A stretch of 64,000 nt of DNA from an uncultured Chlamydiales bacterium (GCA_963699155.1 OY969414.1:64001-128000); one strand, 5' to 3'; numbered from the stretch's first letter, positions 1-10,116 are shown. Program-made: numbers and translations. Notes: generated from the sequence alone by a model not told the origin.

Positions 1-967
1 CCCGTCTGCCCGCATTGATCTTATCGGAAAGCCAACCGGCCACCAACATACCAAAGAGGCCTCCAATCTCAAAGAGGGAGACGCACGCATTGGCTTGGAT
101 CATCGAATAATCTTTTGTCTCGATCAGATAGAGCGCGCTCCAGTCATTGATCGCCATCCGAACGATATAGACAAAGAAGGAGGCGATTGCCAACATCCAG
201 ACCCATTTATTATTGAGGACATACTTGAAGAGAATCTCTTTAGTCTTCAGCTCTTTCTCTCGTTGATCGGCCTTCTTTTTGTCGGGGAAGTCGTTACGGT
301 ACTTCTCAATAGTCGGCAACCCTAAAGATTGGGGGGTATCGCGCAACCGGTTCATCAGGATGAATCCCATAATGATACAGAGAACCCCTGGAATAAACAT
401 GGCGTAACGCCAACCTAAATATTCTGCACAAGCCCCAGCAAGGATAGGAATTAAAAAGCCACCGACATTATGGGAGGTGCTCCAGACGCTCCACCAGGTT
501 CCCCTCTCTGATTGGGAGTACCAGTGGGTCAGAAGGCGCGCACAAGGAGGCCAACCCCATCCCTGGAACCAGCCATTTAAGCCCCAAAAGAGCGCAAAGA
601 GGAGGAGGGAGGAGGCAAAACCGAAGAGAATGGTGCTGATACCTGTAATAATCAATCCAAAGGCCATGAAGAAGCGAGGGTTGGATTGGTCTGATATCAC
701 CCCACTCGCAAACTTGCTGAGACCATAAGTAATATAAAGGATGCTACCCAAGATGCCGAGTTCGGCTTTGTCATACCCCAAATCGCTCATCAAGGCGGGC
801 ATGGCGAAGGTAAAGCTTTTCCGTGTGAAGTAGTAAAAAACGTAGCCGATGAACATCGAATAAAAAATCCGCATGCGCCAATATCGGTATTCCTTCTTGA
901 CAATCTGCGGATCTTCAATCTCTTTAAGATGTTCAGCTGGCTTTAAAAAATTTAACACACCATTCAC
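1..967 (-). CDS. uhpC: Hexose-phosphate MFS transporter (UhpC/GlpT family), 3' end outside window
   Basis: Manual translation from GTG at 967: VNGVLNFLKPAEHLKEIEDPQIVKKEYRYWRMRIFYSMFIGYVFYYFTRKSFTFAMP...GWFQGWGWPPC...WYSQSERGTWWSVWSTSHNVGG. AGGAGAG RBS upstream. Absent from the ORF track because it has no stop in the window. Confidence 0.9.
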   Translation of the reverse strand, partial: MNGVLNFLKPAEHLKEIEDPQIVKKEYRYWRMRIFYSMFIGYVFYYFTRKSFTFAMPALMSDLGYDKAELGILGSILYITYGLSKFASGVISDQSNPRFFMAFGLIITGISTILFGFASSLLLFALFWGLNGWFQGWGWPPCARLLTHWYSQSERGTWWSVWSTSHNVGGFLIPILAGACAEYLGWRYAMFIPGVLCIIMGFILMNRLRDTPQSLGLPTIEKYRNDFPDKKKADQREKELKTKEILFKYVLNNKWVWMLAIASFFVYIVRMAINDWSALYLIETKDYSMIQANACVSLFEIGGLFGMLVAGWLSDKINAGRR

Positions 968-1142
968 AGCACTCTCCTATCTAAAGAGATTTATTAACGC
1001 TCATGATTTTCCCGTAACGATAAATATAGCATGAAAAAGGCGAAAAAGTCACCACTCTTTTCTCCCTCGGCTGGTCGATGAGGTTATGGAAGAGGTCTAT
1101 TGCTTCTTGACCTTCTGTTTAAGATATGCTAACAAAAGAGAG

Positions 1143-1595
1143 ATGAGCAATAATATATCGGAAGATGAGGTCGACGCACTGCTAAAGGGCAACGCTTCTG
1201 AGCCTCAATCCACCAAAGAAGAATCTCTTGAAAAACTGCTTGAAGAGATCATGAGCACCGCTCCCTCAGCCCCTGCTGCTTCGGCGCTCTCCCCAGAAAG
1301 AGCGCCCCTCTTTGCTACCCAAACCGAAAAGCAAAAAAAGAATCGCTACCTACCCCTCTGGCTCAGCAGCGCCGTTTTAGGCGCTTTTCTCCTCGGCGGC
1401 GCATTTGGCTTTTATTGGGGAAAGAATGATCCTTCTGCCCCCACCTTGAAAGCCCTCCAAGAAGGAATCACCCAACTCACCGACCAGGTCAACCGCTTAG
1501 TGAAAGCGATGGAACCTCCCTCCACCGCCTCCTCAGAGATCATCGAGCCCCTCCCTTCCCCCATCAAAAAGAAAGCCAAAGAAGCCATTCTTTAA
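1143..1595 (+). CDS. Hypothetical single-TM protein with coiled coil
   Basis: ORF with likely start MSNNISEDEVDALLKG, one hydrophobic segment (LWLSSAVLGAFLLGGAFGFYW) and a heptad-like segment after it. Confidence 0.65.
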   Translation: MSNNISEDEVDALLKGNASEPQSTKEESLEKLLEEIMSTAPSAPAASALSPERAPLFATQTEKQKKNRYLPLWLSSAVLGAFLLGGAFGFYWGKNDPSAPTLKALQEGITQLTDQVNRLVKAMEPPSTASSEIIEPLPSPIKKKAKEAIL

Positions 1596-1776
1596 CATAG
1601 CTCCCCATCTGCTGCTGCAGGCGATCCTCTTATCCTGTAAAAAAAATAGGAATTATTATGGCACTAGAACCAAAGGCGGCTTTTATCGCCTTCACACTGC
1701 TCTGGCTTCTCAAAATGTAGTGAAGATTTAATCCCCATCGTCTATTCTGATTTGCCATATTTTATTTGTATAGGTT

Positions 1777-3072
1777 ATGCAGTACCGCACCGCGAAAGGG
1801 GTCTTTGACATCCTGCCTTCCGATCCTGATCCTGAAGGACGGTGGCGGGAGTCCCATCTCTGGAACTATCTTGAAGGGGTCATACGCCACCTCGCCCTCC
1901 AGTTTGGTTATCGAGAGATAAGAACCCCTCTCTTTGAAACGACCGATCTCTTTACGCGCAGTATTGGGACAGGCACCGATATCGTCACCAAAGAGATGTA
2001 CACCTTCCAGGACAAAGCCGAGCGTTCTCTTACTTTACGGCCGGAGGGGACTGCGCCGGTGATGCGCGCCTTTATCGAAAAGCAGCTCCACAACCAAGCT
2101 CCGATCCACAAATTTTTCTATATCTGCCCCATGTTCCGCTATGAGCGGAGCCAAGCGGGCCGCTATCGCCAGCACCATCAATTTGGTGTGGAGGCGATCG
2201 GCAGTGCGCTGCCGCAACAGGATGCCGAGTGCATCCATCTTCTCTGGTCACTCTATCACCGGCTTGGGCTGAATGGATTGACGCTTCACCTGAACTCGAT
2301 CGGCGATAAAGAGGCGAGAGCTGAGTTTCGCCATGCTTTAAAGATCTATTTGCGTCCCCACTTAGAGGTTCTCTCTCCTGATAGTCAAGAGCGGTATGAG
2401 ACCAACCCTCTACGCATTCTCGATTCCAAAGATCCGCAGGACCAGAAATGGCTCAAAGAGGCGCCTCATATTCTCGATTTTCTCAATACTGACTCGAAAG
2501 CCCACTTTGAGGCGCTGCGTCAGCTGCTCACAGCTATCGGTATCCCCTACCAGATCAACCACCGGCTGGTGCGTGGGCTCGACTATTACAACAACACCGT
2601 TTTCGAGATCACTGCAAACGAATTGGGCTCTCAAAATAGTTTAGGAGGCGGAGGTCGCTACGATGGCTTGATCCCGCAGCTCGGCGGTCCCGACCTGCCC
2701 GCATTTGGGTTTGGAGCCGGTTTAGAGAGAATCATTCAAACAGCTTTAGCGCAACAGGTCTTTATCCCCAGTTCCCCAGTCTCCGATCTGCTGCTCATTC
2801 CATTGGGCGATCAGGCAGCCACCGAATGTTTCAAACTGCTCTGTGCGATGCGCGACCGTCGGTTGAAGGTCGAGATGGATCTCACAGGTAAAAAACTTAA
2901 GGCAGCGATGCGCTATGCAGACGCCGCTAAAATCCGCTATGTCGCCGTCGTCGGCGATCAAGAGCTCGAGAGTGGTCAGATCGAGCTCAAAGAGATGGCG
3001 ACAGCCACTTCCCAAACCCTTTCTATCGATAGGTTAGTCGATGCGTTACAAGAGAAGTCATTATTGCAATGA
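1777..3072 (+). CDS. hisS: Histidyl-tRNA synthetase
   Basis: LRPEGTA, FRYER..GRYRQHHQFGVE, LVRGLDYY and GGGRYDGL motifs. Confidence 0.97.
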   Translation: MQYRTAKGVFDILPSDPDPEGRWRESHLWNYLEGVIRHLALQFGYREIRTPLFETTDLFTRSIGTGTDIVTKEMYTFQDKAERSLTLRPEGTAPVMRAFIEKQLHNQAPIHKFFYICPMFRYERSQAGRYRQHHQFGVEAIGSALPQQDAECIHLLWSLYHRLGLNGLTLHLNSIGDKEARAEFRHALKIYLRPHLEVLSPDSQERYETNPLRILDSKDPQDQKWLKEAPHILDFLNTDSKAHFEALRQLLTAIGIPYQINHRLVRGLDYYNNTVFEITANELGSQNSLGGGGRYDGLIPQLGGPDLPAFGFGAGLERIIQTALAQQVFIPSSPVSDLLLIPLGDQAATECFKLLCAMRDRRLKVEMDLTGKKLKAAMRYADAAKIRYVAVVGDQELESGQIELKEMATATSQTLSIDRLVDALQEKSLLQ

Positions 3073-4810
3073 CCTGACAAAAGAGAATATCGGAGAGAGC
3101 GTTTCTCTTTGTGGCTGGGTCCACAGACGCAGAGACCATGGAGGCCTCATCTTTATCGACCTGCGCGACCGTTATGGGCTCACTCAGATTGTCTTTCGGC
3201 CTTTCTATCCTGAATTGCACGCCCAAGCGGGTCACTTACGCTCCGAATGGGTCATCGCTGTCAAAGGAACGGTGGCAGCTCGTGCAGAAGGGATGGCCAA
3301 TCCCAAACTAAAAACGGGCTCAATCGAAATCGAGGCTAAAGAGCTCGACGTGCTCTCTATTGCCAAGACACCTCCTTTTTCTATCAGCGATGAGCATATC
3401 GAGGTCAACGAAGAGCTCCGTTTCAAATATCGCTACCTGGATATCCGCAGGGGGGAAATTGCGAGAAGGCTCATCCTCCGTCATCAGATGCTTCTCGCCG
3501 TCCGCAACTTTCTGGACAAACACCGCTTTTTGGAGATCACGACACCAGTACTCGCCAAATCAACTCCTGAAGGTGCTAGAGACTACCTAGTCCCATCCAG
3601 GATCTATCCAGGAACCTTTTTTGCACTCCCTCAATCGCCACAGCTCTTCAAACAGCTCCTGATGATCTCTGGCATGGATCGCTATTTCCAGATCGCTACC
3701 TGCTTCCGTGACGAGGATTCCCGAAGCGACCGTCAGCCCGAATTTGCTCAGATCGACGTCGAAATGAGTTTTGGTTCACAAGATGAGCTCTTTGCCCTGA
3801 TGGAGGGCCTCTGTGCCGCCATTTTCAAAGCCTGTTTGGGTCTCGATTTGAAAACCCCCTTCCCCCGCATGCCCCACAAAGAGTCGATAGAGAAGTATGG
3901 GTGTGACAAACCAGATCTTCGCTTTGGCATGCCGCTGATCCGTGTCGATGAGATTGTTAAAGAGTCTCAATTCTCCGTCTTTAAAGAGGCGCTGGCAACA
4001 GGAGGCACTGTCAAAGGTCTCTGCGTGAAAGGTGGCGCTGAACTTTCCCGCAAACAGATTGAAGAGTACACCTCATTTGTCGGCCGCTTTGGTGCTCAAG
4101 GACTCGCCTGGATGAAGATCACAGATGAGGGACCCACCTCCAGCATCGTCAAATTCTTTGATCAGCCATGCCTAGAGCGTTTGATGAAAACAATGGGCGC
4201 CGAAAAAAACGACCTGCTCCTCTTTGTCGCCGCAGAGAGATCGACCGTCAACCAATCTCTCGACCACCTACGCCGCCGTTTAGGAAAAGAGCTGGGGCTG
4301 ATCGATCCTGAGCAATATGCCTTCACCTGGATCACCGAATTTCCGCTCATGCAGTGGGATGAGGAGACGCAGAATTATGCCTGCGAACACCACCCTTTCA
4401 CCTCACCTCATCCCGATGATATTCCCCTTCTCGATAGCGATCCGCTAAAGGTGCGCTCTTCAAGTTACGACCTCGTGCTGAATGGCTATGAATTGGGATC
4501 GGGCTCTCAGCGCATATTTGATGGAGAGCTCCAGGCAAAAATTTTTCGCCTGCTCAAACTTTCCCCCGAAGATATCCAAAAACGTTTTGGATTTTTCATC
4601 GAGGCTTTACAGTATGGGACACCGCCTCACATGGGCATCGCACTCGGCGTCGACCGCATCGCGATGCTGCTCAGTGGAGCTGAAAGCATCCGCGATGTGA
4701 TCGCCTTCCCCAAAACGCAAAAAGCCTTTGACCTGATGCTGGATGCCCCTTCAGAAGTGGCGCAACATCAATTGACAGAACTCAAAATTCATGTGGAGAA
4801 ACCCGAATGA
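3041..4810 (+). CDS. aspS: Aspartyl-tRNA synthetase
   Basis: GWVHRRRDHGGLIFIDLRD, STPEGARDYLVP, LPQSPQLFKQ and YGTPPHMGIALG motifs. Confidence 0.97.
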   Translation: MRYKRSHYCNDLTKENIGESVSLCGWVHRRRDHGGLIFIDLRDRYGLTQIVFRPFYPELHAQAGHLRSEWVIAVKGTVAARAEGMANPKLKTGSIEIEAKELDVLSIAKTPPFSISDEHIEVNEELRFKYRYLDIRRGEIARRLILRHQMLLAVRNFLDKHRFLEITTPVLAKSTPEGARDYLVPSRIYPGTFFALPQSPQLFKQLLMISGMDRYFQIATCFRDEDSRSDRQPEFAQIDVEMSFGSQDELFALMEGLCAAIFKACLGLDLKTPFPRMPHKESIEKYGCDKPDLRFGMPLIRVDEIVKESQFSVFKEALATGGTVKGLCVKGGAELSRKQIEEYTSFVGRFGAQGLAWMKITDEGPTSSIVKFFDQPCLERLMKTMGAEKNDLLLFVAAERSTVNQSLDHLRRRLGKELGLIDPEQYAFTWITEFPLMQWDEETQNYACEHHPFTSPHPDDIPLLDSDPLKVRSSSYDLVLNGYELGSGSQRIFDGELQAKIFRLLKLSPEDIQKRFGFFIEALQYGTPPHMGIALGVDRIAMLLSGAESIRDVIAFPKTQKAFDLMLDAPSEVAQHQLTELKIHVEKPE

Positions 4811-5568
4811 TGAATAAATGGATCGTATGTACGCTATTGGCCTTTTCTGTGCCGCTATGTGCTTCAAAAGGCACAGACAAGCCAACCGAGGCGCAGGCAG
4901 CGCCCACGCCTGCTGAAGAAAAGAGCCCTGTTGATTTTGGACGCCTCTCTGAGACGTTAGGACATCTCATTGTCCGCCAACTACAGCAGCCCGGATTCAC
5001 CTTCGACTTAGATCGTGTAATCTTGGGGATGCGGGATGAACAGTCGGGCAAACCCTCCCCGATGAATGAAGAAGAGTATGAGCGGGTAGTCTCCTCTCTT
5101 CAGGAACAGCAGTTCCTCCAAGCTGCGGAAAAGAATCTGGCAGAAGCCAATGCTTTCTTGCAGGAAAATTCAAAAAAAGAGGGAATACAGACAATCGATG
5201 AGAAATTGCAGTATGTGATCTCATCTACAGGTATTGGAGAGGCTGTCGGTCCCGAATCGATCCCGCTCATCCATTACAAAGGACAGCTTCTCGATGGCAC
5301 CATCTTCGCAAGCTCAGAGGGAATGACACAGCCGATCGCCCTCCCCATCAAACAATCGATCCCCGGCTTTGCCAAGGGGCTTGTTGGCATGAAAGAGGGT
5401 GAAAAGCGGGTTCTCTATATCCATCCTGAACTCGCTTACGGCTTGTCTGGCCATCTTCCCCCCAATTCACTGCTCATCTTCGAGGTGGAGATCGTCAAAG
5501 CCAACGCTTTGCCAGCGAGTGAAATAGCCAAACAAGAGGGTGAAAGCAGCGTCAAAGTCGAACAGTGA
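4807..5568 (+). CDS. mip: Mip-type FKBP peptidyl-prolyl isomerase
   Basis: Signal peptide and FKBP domain (HYKGQLLDGT, IPGFAKGL, YIHPELAYG); follows aspS. Confidence 0.9.
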   Translation: MMNKWIVCTLLAFSVPLCASKGTDKPTEAQAAPTPAEEKSPVDFGRLSETLGHLIVRQLQQPGFTFDLDRVILGMRDEQSGKPSPMNEEEYERVVSSLQEQQFLQAAEKNLAEANAFLQENSKKEGIQTIDEKLQYVISSTGIGEAVGPESIPLIHYKGQLLDGTIFASSEGMTQPIALPIKQSIPGFAKGLVGMKEGEKRVLYIHPELAYGLSGHLPPNSLLIFEVEIVKANALPASEIAKQEGESSVKVEQ

Positions 5569-6005
5569 ACATTGTTCTCTTTGCGCCTGAAATCCCTCAA
5601 AACGCCGGTAATATCGCACGCAGCTGCGCTGTTACCGGCGCTACCCTGACACTTGTCCGCCCCCTCGGCTTCAACCTCACCGACAAACAGCTCAAACGCT
5701 CCGGCCTCGACTACTGGAGCACGCTCAACTTCCGCATCGTCGACAGCCTCGAGGAGGCCCTCCAGGAACCCTTCTACTTCTTCTCAACAAAAGGTAAAAA
5801 GAACTACACCGATATCGCCTACTCACCCCACTCCACACTCATCTTCGGCTCCGAAACTGCCGGCCTGCCCCCCTGGATCCACGCCCAATGGCCCCACCTC
5901 TTCCACACCATACCCATGAAGCCCCCTGCTCGCTCCCTCAACCTCTCCAACGCCGTCGCCATCGTCCTCTACGAAGCCCTCCGCCAGTTAGATTTTAAAT
6001 TTTAA
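5565..6005 (+). CDS. trmL: tRNA (cytidine/uridine-34 2'-O)-methyltransferase, SpoU family
   Basis: PEIPQNAGNIAR, GLDYW, FGSETAGL and RSLNLSNAVAI motifs. Confidence 0.92.
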   Translation: MNIVLFAPEIPQNAGNIARSCAVTGATLTLVRPLGFNLTDKQLKRSGLDYWSTLNFRIVDSLEEALQEPFYFFSTKGKKNYTDIAYSPHSTLIFGSETAGLPPWIHAQWPHLFHTIPMKPPARSLNLSNAVAIVLYEALRQLDFKF

Positions 6006-6008
6006 CTA

Positions 6009-6084
6009 AACGCAAAGACGCCAAGACACAAAGAAGGGGGGTACGCGAAGCGCTCCTATTTCTTTGCGACTCTGAGTCTTTGCG
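6009..6084. repeat. REP-like palindrome family A, copy 1
   Basis: aacgcaaagacgccaag...gggtacgcgaagcgc...gtctttgcg; same element at 19898, 44543 (reverse) and 60691. Confidence 0.85.
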
Positions 6085-6206
6085 CCTTTACCCCTCGCTG
6101 ACTTCGTCAGTCTCGGACAATCCATCAAAAAAGCGCCACTGGCGCTTTATTTGAGGTACCTTGTCGTTGAATTTTTTAGGCGGATTTTTCCCCACGAGCC
6201 TTACGG

Positions 6207-6530
6207 CTAGAGAGCTTCAGTGACGAGGCGGCGGAGTGAGTCGAGGTCTTTGAGGCCGACGACCCGTTTAACCTGCTTTCCGTTTTTGAAGAGGATCAGG
6301 GTGGGGATGGAGGTGACCTCGAAGCGGGCAGCGACACTGACCGACTGATCGGTATCGACTTTGGCAACTGTGAGTTTTCCAGCCATTTCTTGAGCGAGCT
6401 CTTCTACGATGGGAGTCAGCATCCGGCAGGGGCCACACCAGTCAGCATAAAAATCGATAAGAACGACACCCTGGGCAATGCCCTGATCGAAGTTGTCGTC
6501 ATTAAATTGTTTGAGATTTGACCCAGCCAT
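6207..6530 (-). CDS. trxA: Thioredoxin
   Basis: DFYADWCGPC active site, SIPTL. Confidence 0.96.
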   Translation of the reverse strand: MAGSNLKQFNDDNFDQGIAQGVVLIDFYADWCGPCRMLTPIVEELAQEMAGKLTVAKVDTDQSVSVAARFEVTSIPTLILFKNGKQVKRVVGLKDLDSLRRLVTEAL

Positions 6531-6613
6531 TTTAACTCCTCAAAAAGATTGGTAATCAGATCATAACCTGAGAGTGGAAAAAATTCAAGGGTATGGTTAT
6601 GATTTTTGCCCAT

Positions 6614-6697
6614 GCGGCCATGGCGGAATTGGTAGACGCGCTAGATTCAGGTTCTAGTCGGGGCAACTCGGTGGATGTTCGAGTCATCTTGGCCGCA
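6614..6697 (+). tRNA. tRNA-Leu(CAG)
   Basis: Acceptor stem GCGGCCA/TGGCCGC, D-arm GGAATTGGTAGAC, anticodon arm CTAGA-TTCAGGT-TCTAG, long variable arm, TTCGAGT T-loop. Confidence 0.93.
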
Positions 6698-6736
6698 AAT
6701 ATAAGCCATTCCTGCTCTGGGAATGGCTCAAATAGG

Positions 6737-6902
6737 GGCTGTATTGAAAAATTTAAGCCGCTCGAATTTAGCCAGATTTGGCCTCCAGTTTTGGAAGCAC
6801 GAGTGAAGAAGATAGCCCCAGCGCTATCTTCGATCGAGTGGTTAAAAAAATGGAGGACCAAAGATGGTTAAAGGCGAGCAGCTTAAATTTTTCAACACAG
6901 CC
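6737..6902. mobile_element. 166-bp MITE-like element, copy 1
   Basis: Terminal inverted repeats GGCTGT(A/G)TTGAAAAATTTAAGC; flanked by 9-bp direct repeat TCAAATAGG (6728-6736 and 6903-6911); reverse-complement copy at 53368. Confidence 0.88.
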
Positions 6903-6921
6903 TCAAATAGGTGATAGTTAG

Positions 6922-8118
6922 ATGATCCGAGCCATCCTTGCAGCTCTCTTTATTGCTGGGATTTGCATTGGGATTGCCTATTTTAATGTCCCGATTTTGA
7001 CAGGAATCATCGGCTTCATTCCAGGCACGGTGATGACTGTCATTGTCTGGGTTTTTACCCTTTCGATCTGTTTACTTTACGCTGAGGCCACCCTGACACA
7101 ACCGGATGGCGCTAATTTGGCCTCAATCTCATACGCCTTGCTGGGCCGTACCTGGATGGTCATCCTCTCGATTTTCTTCATCATCAATGTGATTTCCTAC
7201 CTTGCCTCTTACGCCTATGTCACCACGGAATTCTTGCAATGGTTCTTTCAAGACCGCTGGCACCATATCCTTCCCCCCTTTGCTGCTGAACTCTTGAGCC
7301 TTCTTCCTCCCCTCATTATCATCTATCTCGGCGTCAAATTTTCCATTCATGTTCAAGCCCTCTTGATGGTCGGCCTCTTCGTCTCCTTTATCCTACTCTG
7401 TTACTGGGGAAGTGGGTCTGTGGTCCCAAGCCGTCTTCTTGAATCTCAGTGGACCTACACGATTTTCTCGGTGCCAATTTTGTTCAGCGCTTTCGGCTTT
7501 GCGGGGATTGTTCCTGTCATCTGTACCTATCTTAAACGCAATCCTTTCCATATCAAATTCGCCCTCTGGATCGGAAGTGTCATCCCATTGATCATCTATA
7601 TTTTTTGGCAGTGGTTCATGCTCGGATCCTTCTCATCAGACAACTTTTGGGTCCTATTTGAAAAAAAAGCCTCTCTTGATTCGGTTGTCGCACTAGCTCA
7701 AACGATTCCCCATATCATCTACCCTCTGAATTATCTCATCTTTTTCTCGATGATCACTTCTCTGATCGGCAATGGGACCACGATGGTCGAATTTTTTAGC
7801 GACCTCTTTAAAATTCCTCTCCAAGAAAGAAAGGGATGGATCCGTTTAGGTTTAAGCTGCCTTGTCTTTGCACTCACCTTTCTTGCCTCTTTCTACAAAG
7901 GACAATTCTTTGTCTCACTCGTTCAGACCGTGACCGCTTCTTTGGGAGCCTTTTTGACCAACGGGATCATCCCCCTTATCATGGTGATTCAAGCCCGCTA
8001 TTTCTATAAACTTCAAACCCCTCGCCTCTTGGGCGGGGGCACCGTTACCCTATTCTTACTCGGATCCGGCCTTCTCCTTCTGCTCTATTTGGAAGGCGTT
8101 GACTATATTAGTTATTAA
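6922..8118 (+). CDS. Aromatic amino acid permease (TyrP/Mtr, HAAAP family)-like
   Basis: About 11 TM segments; LLYAEATL, PILFSAFGF and WIGSVIPLIIYIFWQW motifs. Confidence 0.8.
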   Translation: MIRAILAALFIAGICIGIAYFNVPILTGIIGFIPGTVMTVIVWVFTLSICLLYAEATLTQPDGANLASISYALLGRTWMVILSIFFIINVISYLASYAYVTTEFLQWFFQDRWHHILPPFAAELLSLLPPLIIIYLGVKFSIHVQALLMVGLFVSFILLCYWGSGSVVPSRLLESQWTYTIFSVPILFSAFGFAGIVPVICTYLKRNPFHIKFALWIGSVIPLIIYIFWQWFMLGSFSSDNFWVLFEKKASLDSVVALAQTIPHIIYPLNYLIFFSMITSLIGNGTTMVEFFSDLFKIPLQERKGWIRLGLSCLVFALTFLASFYKGQFFVSLVQTVTASLGAFLTNGIIPLIMVIQARYFYKLQTPRLLGGGTVTLFLLGSGLLLLLYLEGVDYISY

Positions 8119-8135
8119 TTTTATCTCTTGGTCTC

Positions 8136-9332
8136 ATGTGGCGCTCTGTTGGTGCAGCTTTTTTTATCTTCGCTTTCTGCACAGGAACCAGCTTCATCAC
8201 ACTCCCATTCACTGTCAGCCATGCCGGTTTTTGGCCCTCTGTAGTCGCTCTCTTCGTCTCCTGGCTTTTTCTCATTTTCACAGCATTCTATTACCTCGAA
8301 GCTGTTTTAACGATGCCTCCAGGCGCCAATATCGCATCGATCTCTAGGCGCTACTCTTCCCGTTCGATCGTCATCCTCAATACAATCATTTTCCTCGCTG
8401 CCTGCTACGGCTACTTGCTAACAACTTTCTGCTTCGGCATTCCGATGCTCATTTCTCTTTTAGAGTTTTATCAGATCCCTGCACCACAATTCTTGGCCTA
8501 TCTTTTTTTCGCTCTGGCCCTCTTTGTCACGGTCGCTATCAGCGTGCGCTGCGCTGTCATCGTCAACTTCTTCCTGCTCATTTTATTGGGTTTTGTTTTT
8601 TACTTCTCTTTTCGTTCAGGTCTTGTCGCCTACAAACCTGAGACCCTCAACCATTTCACAGCAGCTTACCTCTTTGTTGTCATCCCCTCCCTCCTAAATT
8701 CTCTCTTCTTCCAGGTCATGATTCCCACCCTGGCAAACTTTTTAAACTACAGTGTGAATCGTTTGCGAATGGTCATACTGAGTGGAGTGACACTGGCAAC
8801 TCTTCTCTTTATCGCTTGGCTCTGGTTGGTCATTACCTCGACCGGTACCAAGAGCTTTGGAAACATCAATTGGCTGGCTCCCAAAACTGTCAATTTTCTC
8901 AAACTCTACCATGTCGAAGGGATCGGTCATTGGCTACCCTCACTGCTGATCCTCATTCTAACAACCAGCTCGATCGGAGCAGGGACAATCATGGTCGACT
9001 TCTTCTCCGACCTCTTTCGAATTCCATCAGAGGAGAGAAAGGGAGTCAAAAGAGTCCTCTTGGCGCTGCTGATCTTTCTGCCCCCTCTTCTAGCTTCTTA
9101 TCTACCCACTCCACTTCTGCTCAAAGTGATGATCTATATCACCGATGTGGGTGGTCTCTACCTCTGTGGGATCCTCCCCATCTGGTGGATCTGGACCATT
9201 CGCTATTACCATCAGGTGAAAACAAAAAATTTAGTTCCCGGCGGAAAGGTGACCCTGACCATTTTAACCATCTTGGCCTTCTTTTTCCTCTACCTAGTTG
9301 GCCTCGAATTCCTCTATCAAGCCCTGATTTAA
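8136..9332 (+). CDS. Second TyrP/Mtr-like amino acid permease (tandem paralogue)
   Basis: Same length as upstream ORF (398 aa); shared PxGANxASIS and MVxFFSDLFxIP..ERKG motifs. Confidence 0.78.
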   Translation: MWRSVGAAFFIFAFCTGTSFITLPFTVSHAGFWPSVVALFVSWLFLIFTAFYYLEAVLTMPPGANIASISRRYSSRSIVILNTIIFLAACYGYLLTTFCFGIPMLISLLEFYQIPAPQFLAYLFFALALFVTVAISVRCAVIVNFFLLILLGFVFYFSFRSGLVAYKPETLNHFTAAYLFVVIPSLLNSLFFQVMIPTLANFLNYSVNRLRMVILSGVTLATLLFIAWLWLVITSTGTKSFGNINWLAPKTVNFLKLYHVEGIGHWLPSLLILILTTSSIGAGTIMVDFFSDLFRIPSEERKGVKRVLLALLIFLPPLLASYLPTPLLLKVMIYITDVGGLYLCGILPIWWIWTIRYYHQVKTKNLVPGGKVTLTILTILAFFFLYLVGLEFLYQALI

Positions 9333-9399
9333 TTGGACTTTGTGGATAAACAGTCCCTCTGATATACTGTCCAACTAAAAACAGAATTTGAGGCATCGG

Positions 9400-10116
9400 A
9401 TGGCCCTTCCAGAATCCACAAAGAACTCGCTTTTGCAGTTTTTGCAAGAAAGACGCTCACCAGAGCTCCTTGCAGCCTATCTTTTTTATCTAGAGCAGCA
9501 CTTTCATCTGCAACCAGTCGTCTTTGTCAGAGATAAAATCATCTATCAAAGCGCCGATACGGCCATTAAGAAATTGGAAGGGGAAGGAAAAGTTTGGCGC
9601 GAAACTGAAATTAAGATCGGGTATGGTCCTCCCTCTGTCAATGACCAGACAAAAAAAATCTATATCTGCCCCTTTACAGGAAAAGTTTTTGCTGACAATA
9701 CCCATCCCAATCCCCAAGATGCGATCTATGATTGGGTCTCAAAATGCCCTGAAAATACAGAGAGAATCGGTGGCGTACCTGCTAAACGCTTCTTCGTTTC
9801 TGAAGATCTTGAAGTGATCCGCAACTACATCAAACCCCCTAAACAGCCGATCTCGAAAACTGTCTTCTCTTCTGCCGTGACTGGGAAACTCTTCAATTCG
9901 AAAGAGGCCGTCATCAGAGATTTTAAAGAGCACTATTTGAAACCGATGACACTGGTGGAGGTTCAGAACCAGAACCGGTTCCAACTCGAAGACTCCTTCC
10001 TCAACTTCATCCAAGACCATCTCCAAGAAGATAAAATCGCCTCATTTGTTGAAAATTTAGCGGAAGATCCCGCCTTTCATCCCTATGTCAATAAATGGGT
10101 CGAGGCAGCTGAGTAA
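9400..10116 (+). CDS. Conserved chlamydial protein (DUF2709-like)
   Basis: KKIYICPFTGKVFADNTHPNPQDAIYDWVSKCPEN motif; chlamydial position before tsaE. Confidence 0.8.
   Translation: MALPESTKNSLLQFLQERRSPELLAAYLFYLEQHFHLQPVVFVRDKIIYQSADTAIKKLEGEGKVWRETEIKIGYGPPSVNDQTKKIYICPFTGKVFADNTHPNPQDAIYDWVSKCPENTERIGGVPAKRFFVSEDLEVIRNYIKPPKQPISKTVFSSAVTGKLFNSKEAVIRDFKEHYLKPMTLVEVQNQNRFQLEDSFLNFIQDHLQEDKIASFVENLAEDPAFHPYVNKWVEAAE

Noticed and set aside
95..728. Plus-strand ORFs 95-325 and 477-728
   Set aside because: Shadow frames antisense to uhpC
1658..1720. 20-aa hydrophobic ORF (MALEPKAAFIAFTLLWLLKM) upstream of hisS as a leader peptide or small toxin
   Set aside because: No His codons or attenuator seen; too short to support without conservation data
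5653..5919. Ser/Pro/Thr-rich alternative-frame ORFs here and at 20146, 40912 and 60376
   Set aside because: By-products of the C-rich codon skew in the real genes, not independent proteins
6092..6154. Small hairpins next to REP copy 1 as a distinct ncRNA
   Set aside because: Single occurrence in the window; adequately explained as terminator or REP-like stems between convergent trmL and trxA
6556..6871. ORFs 6556-6861 (-) and 6593-6871 (+)
   Set aside because: They overlap tRNA-Leu and the MITE and have no protein-like features
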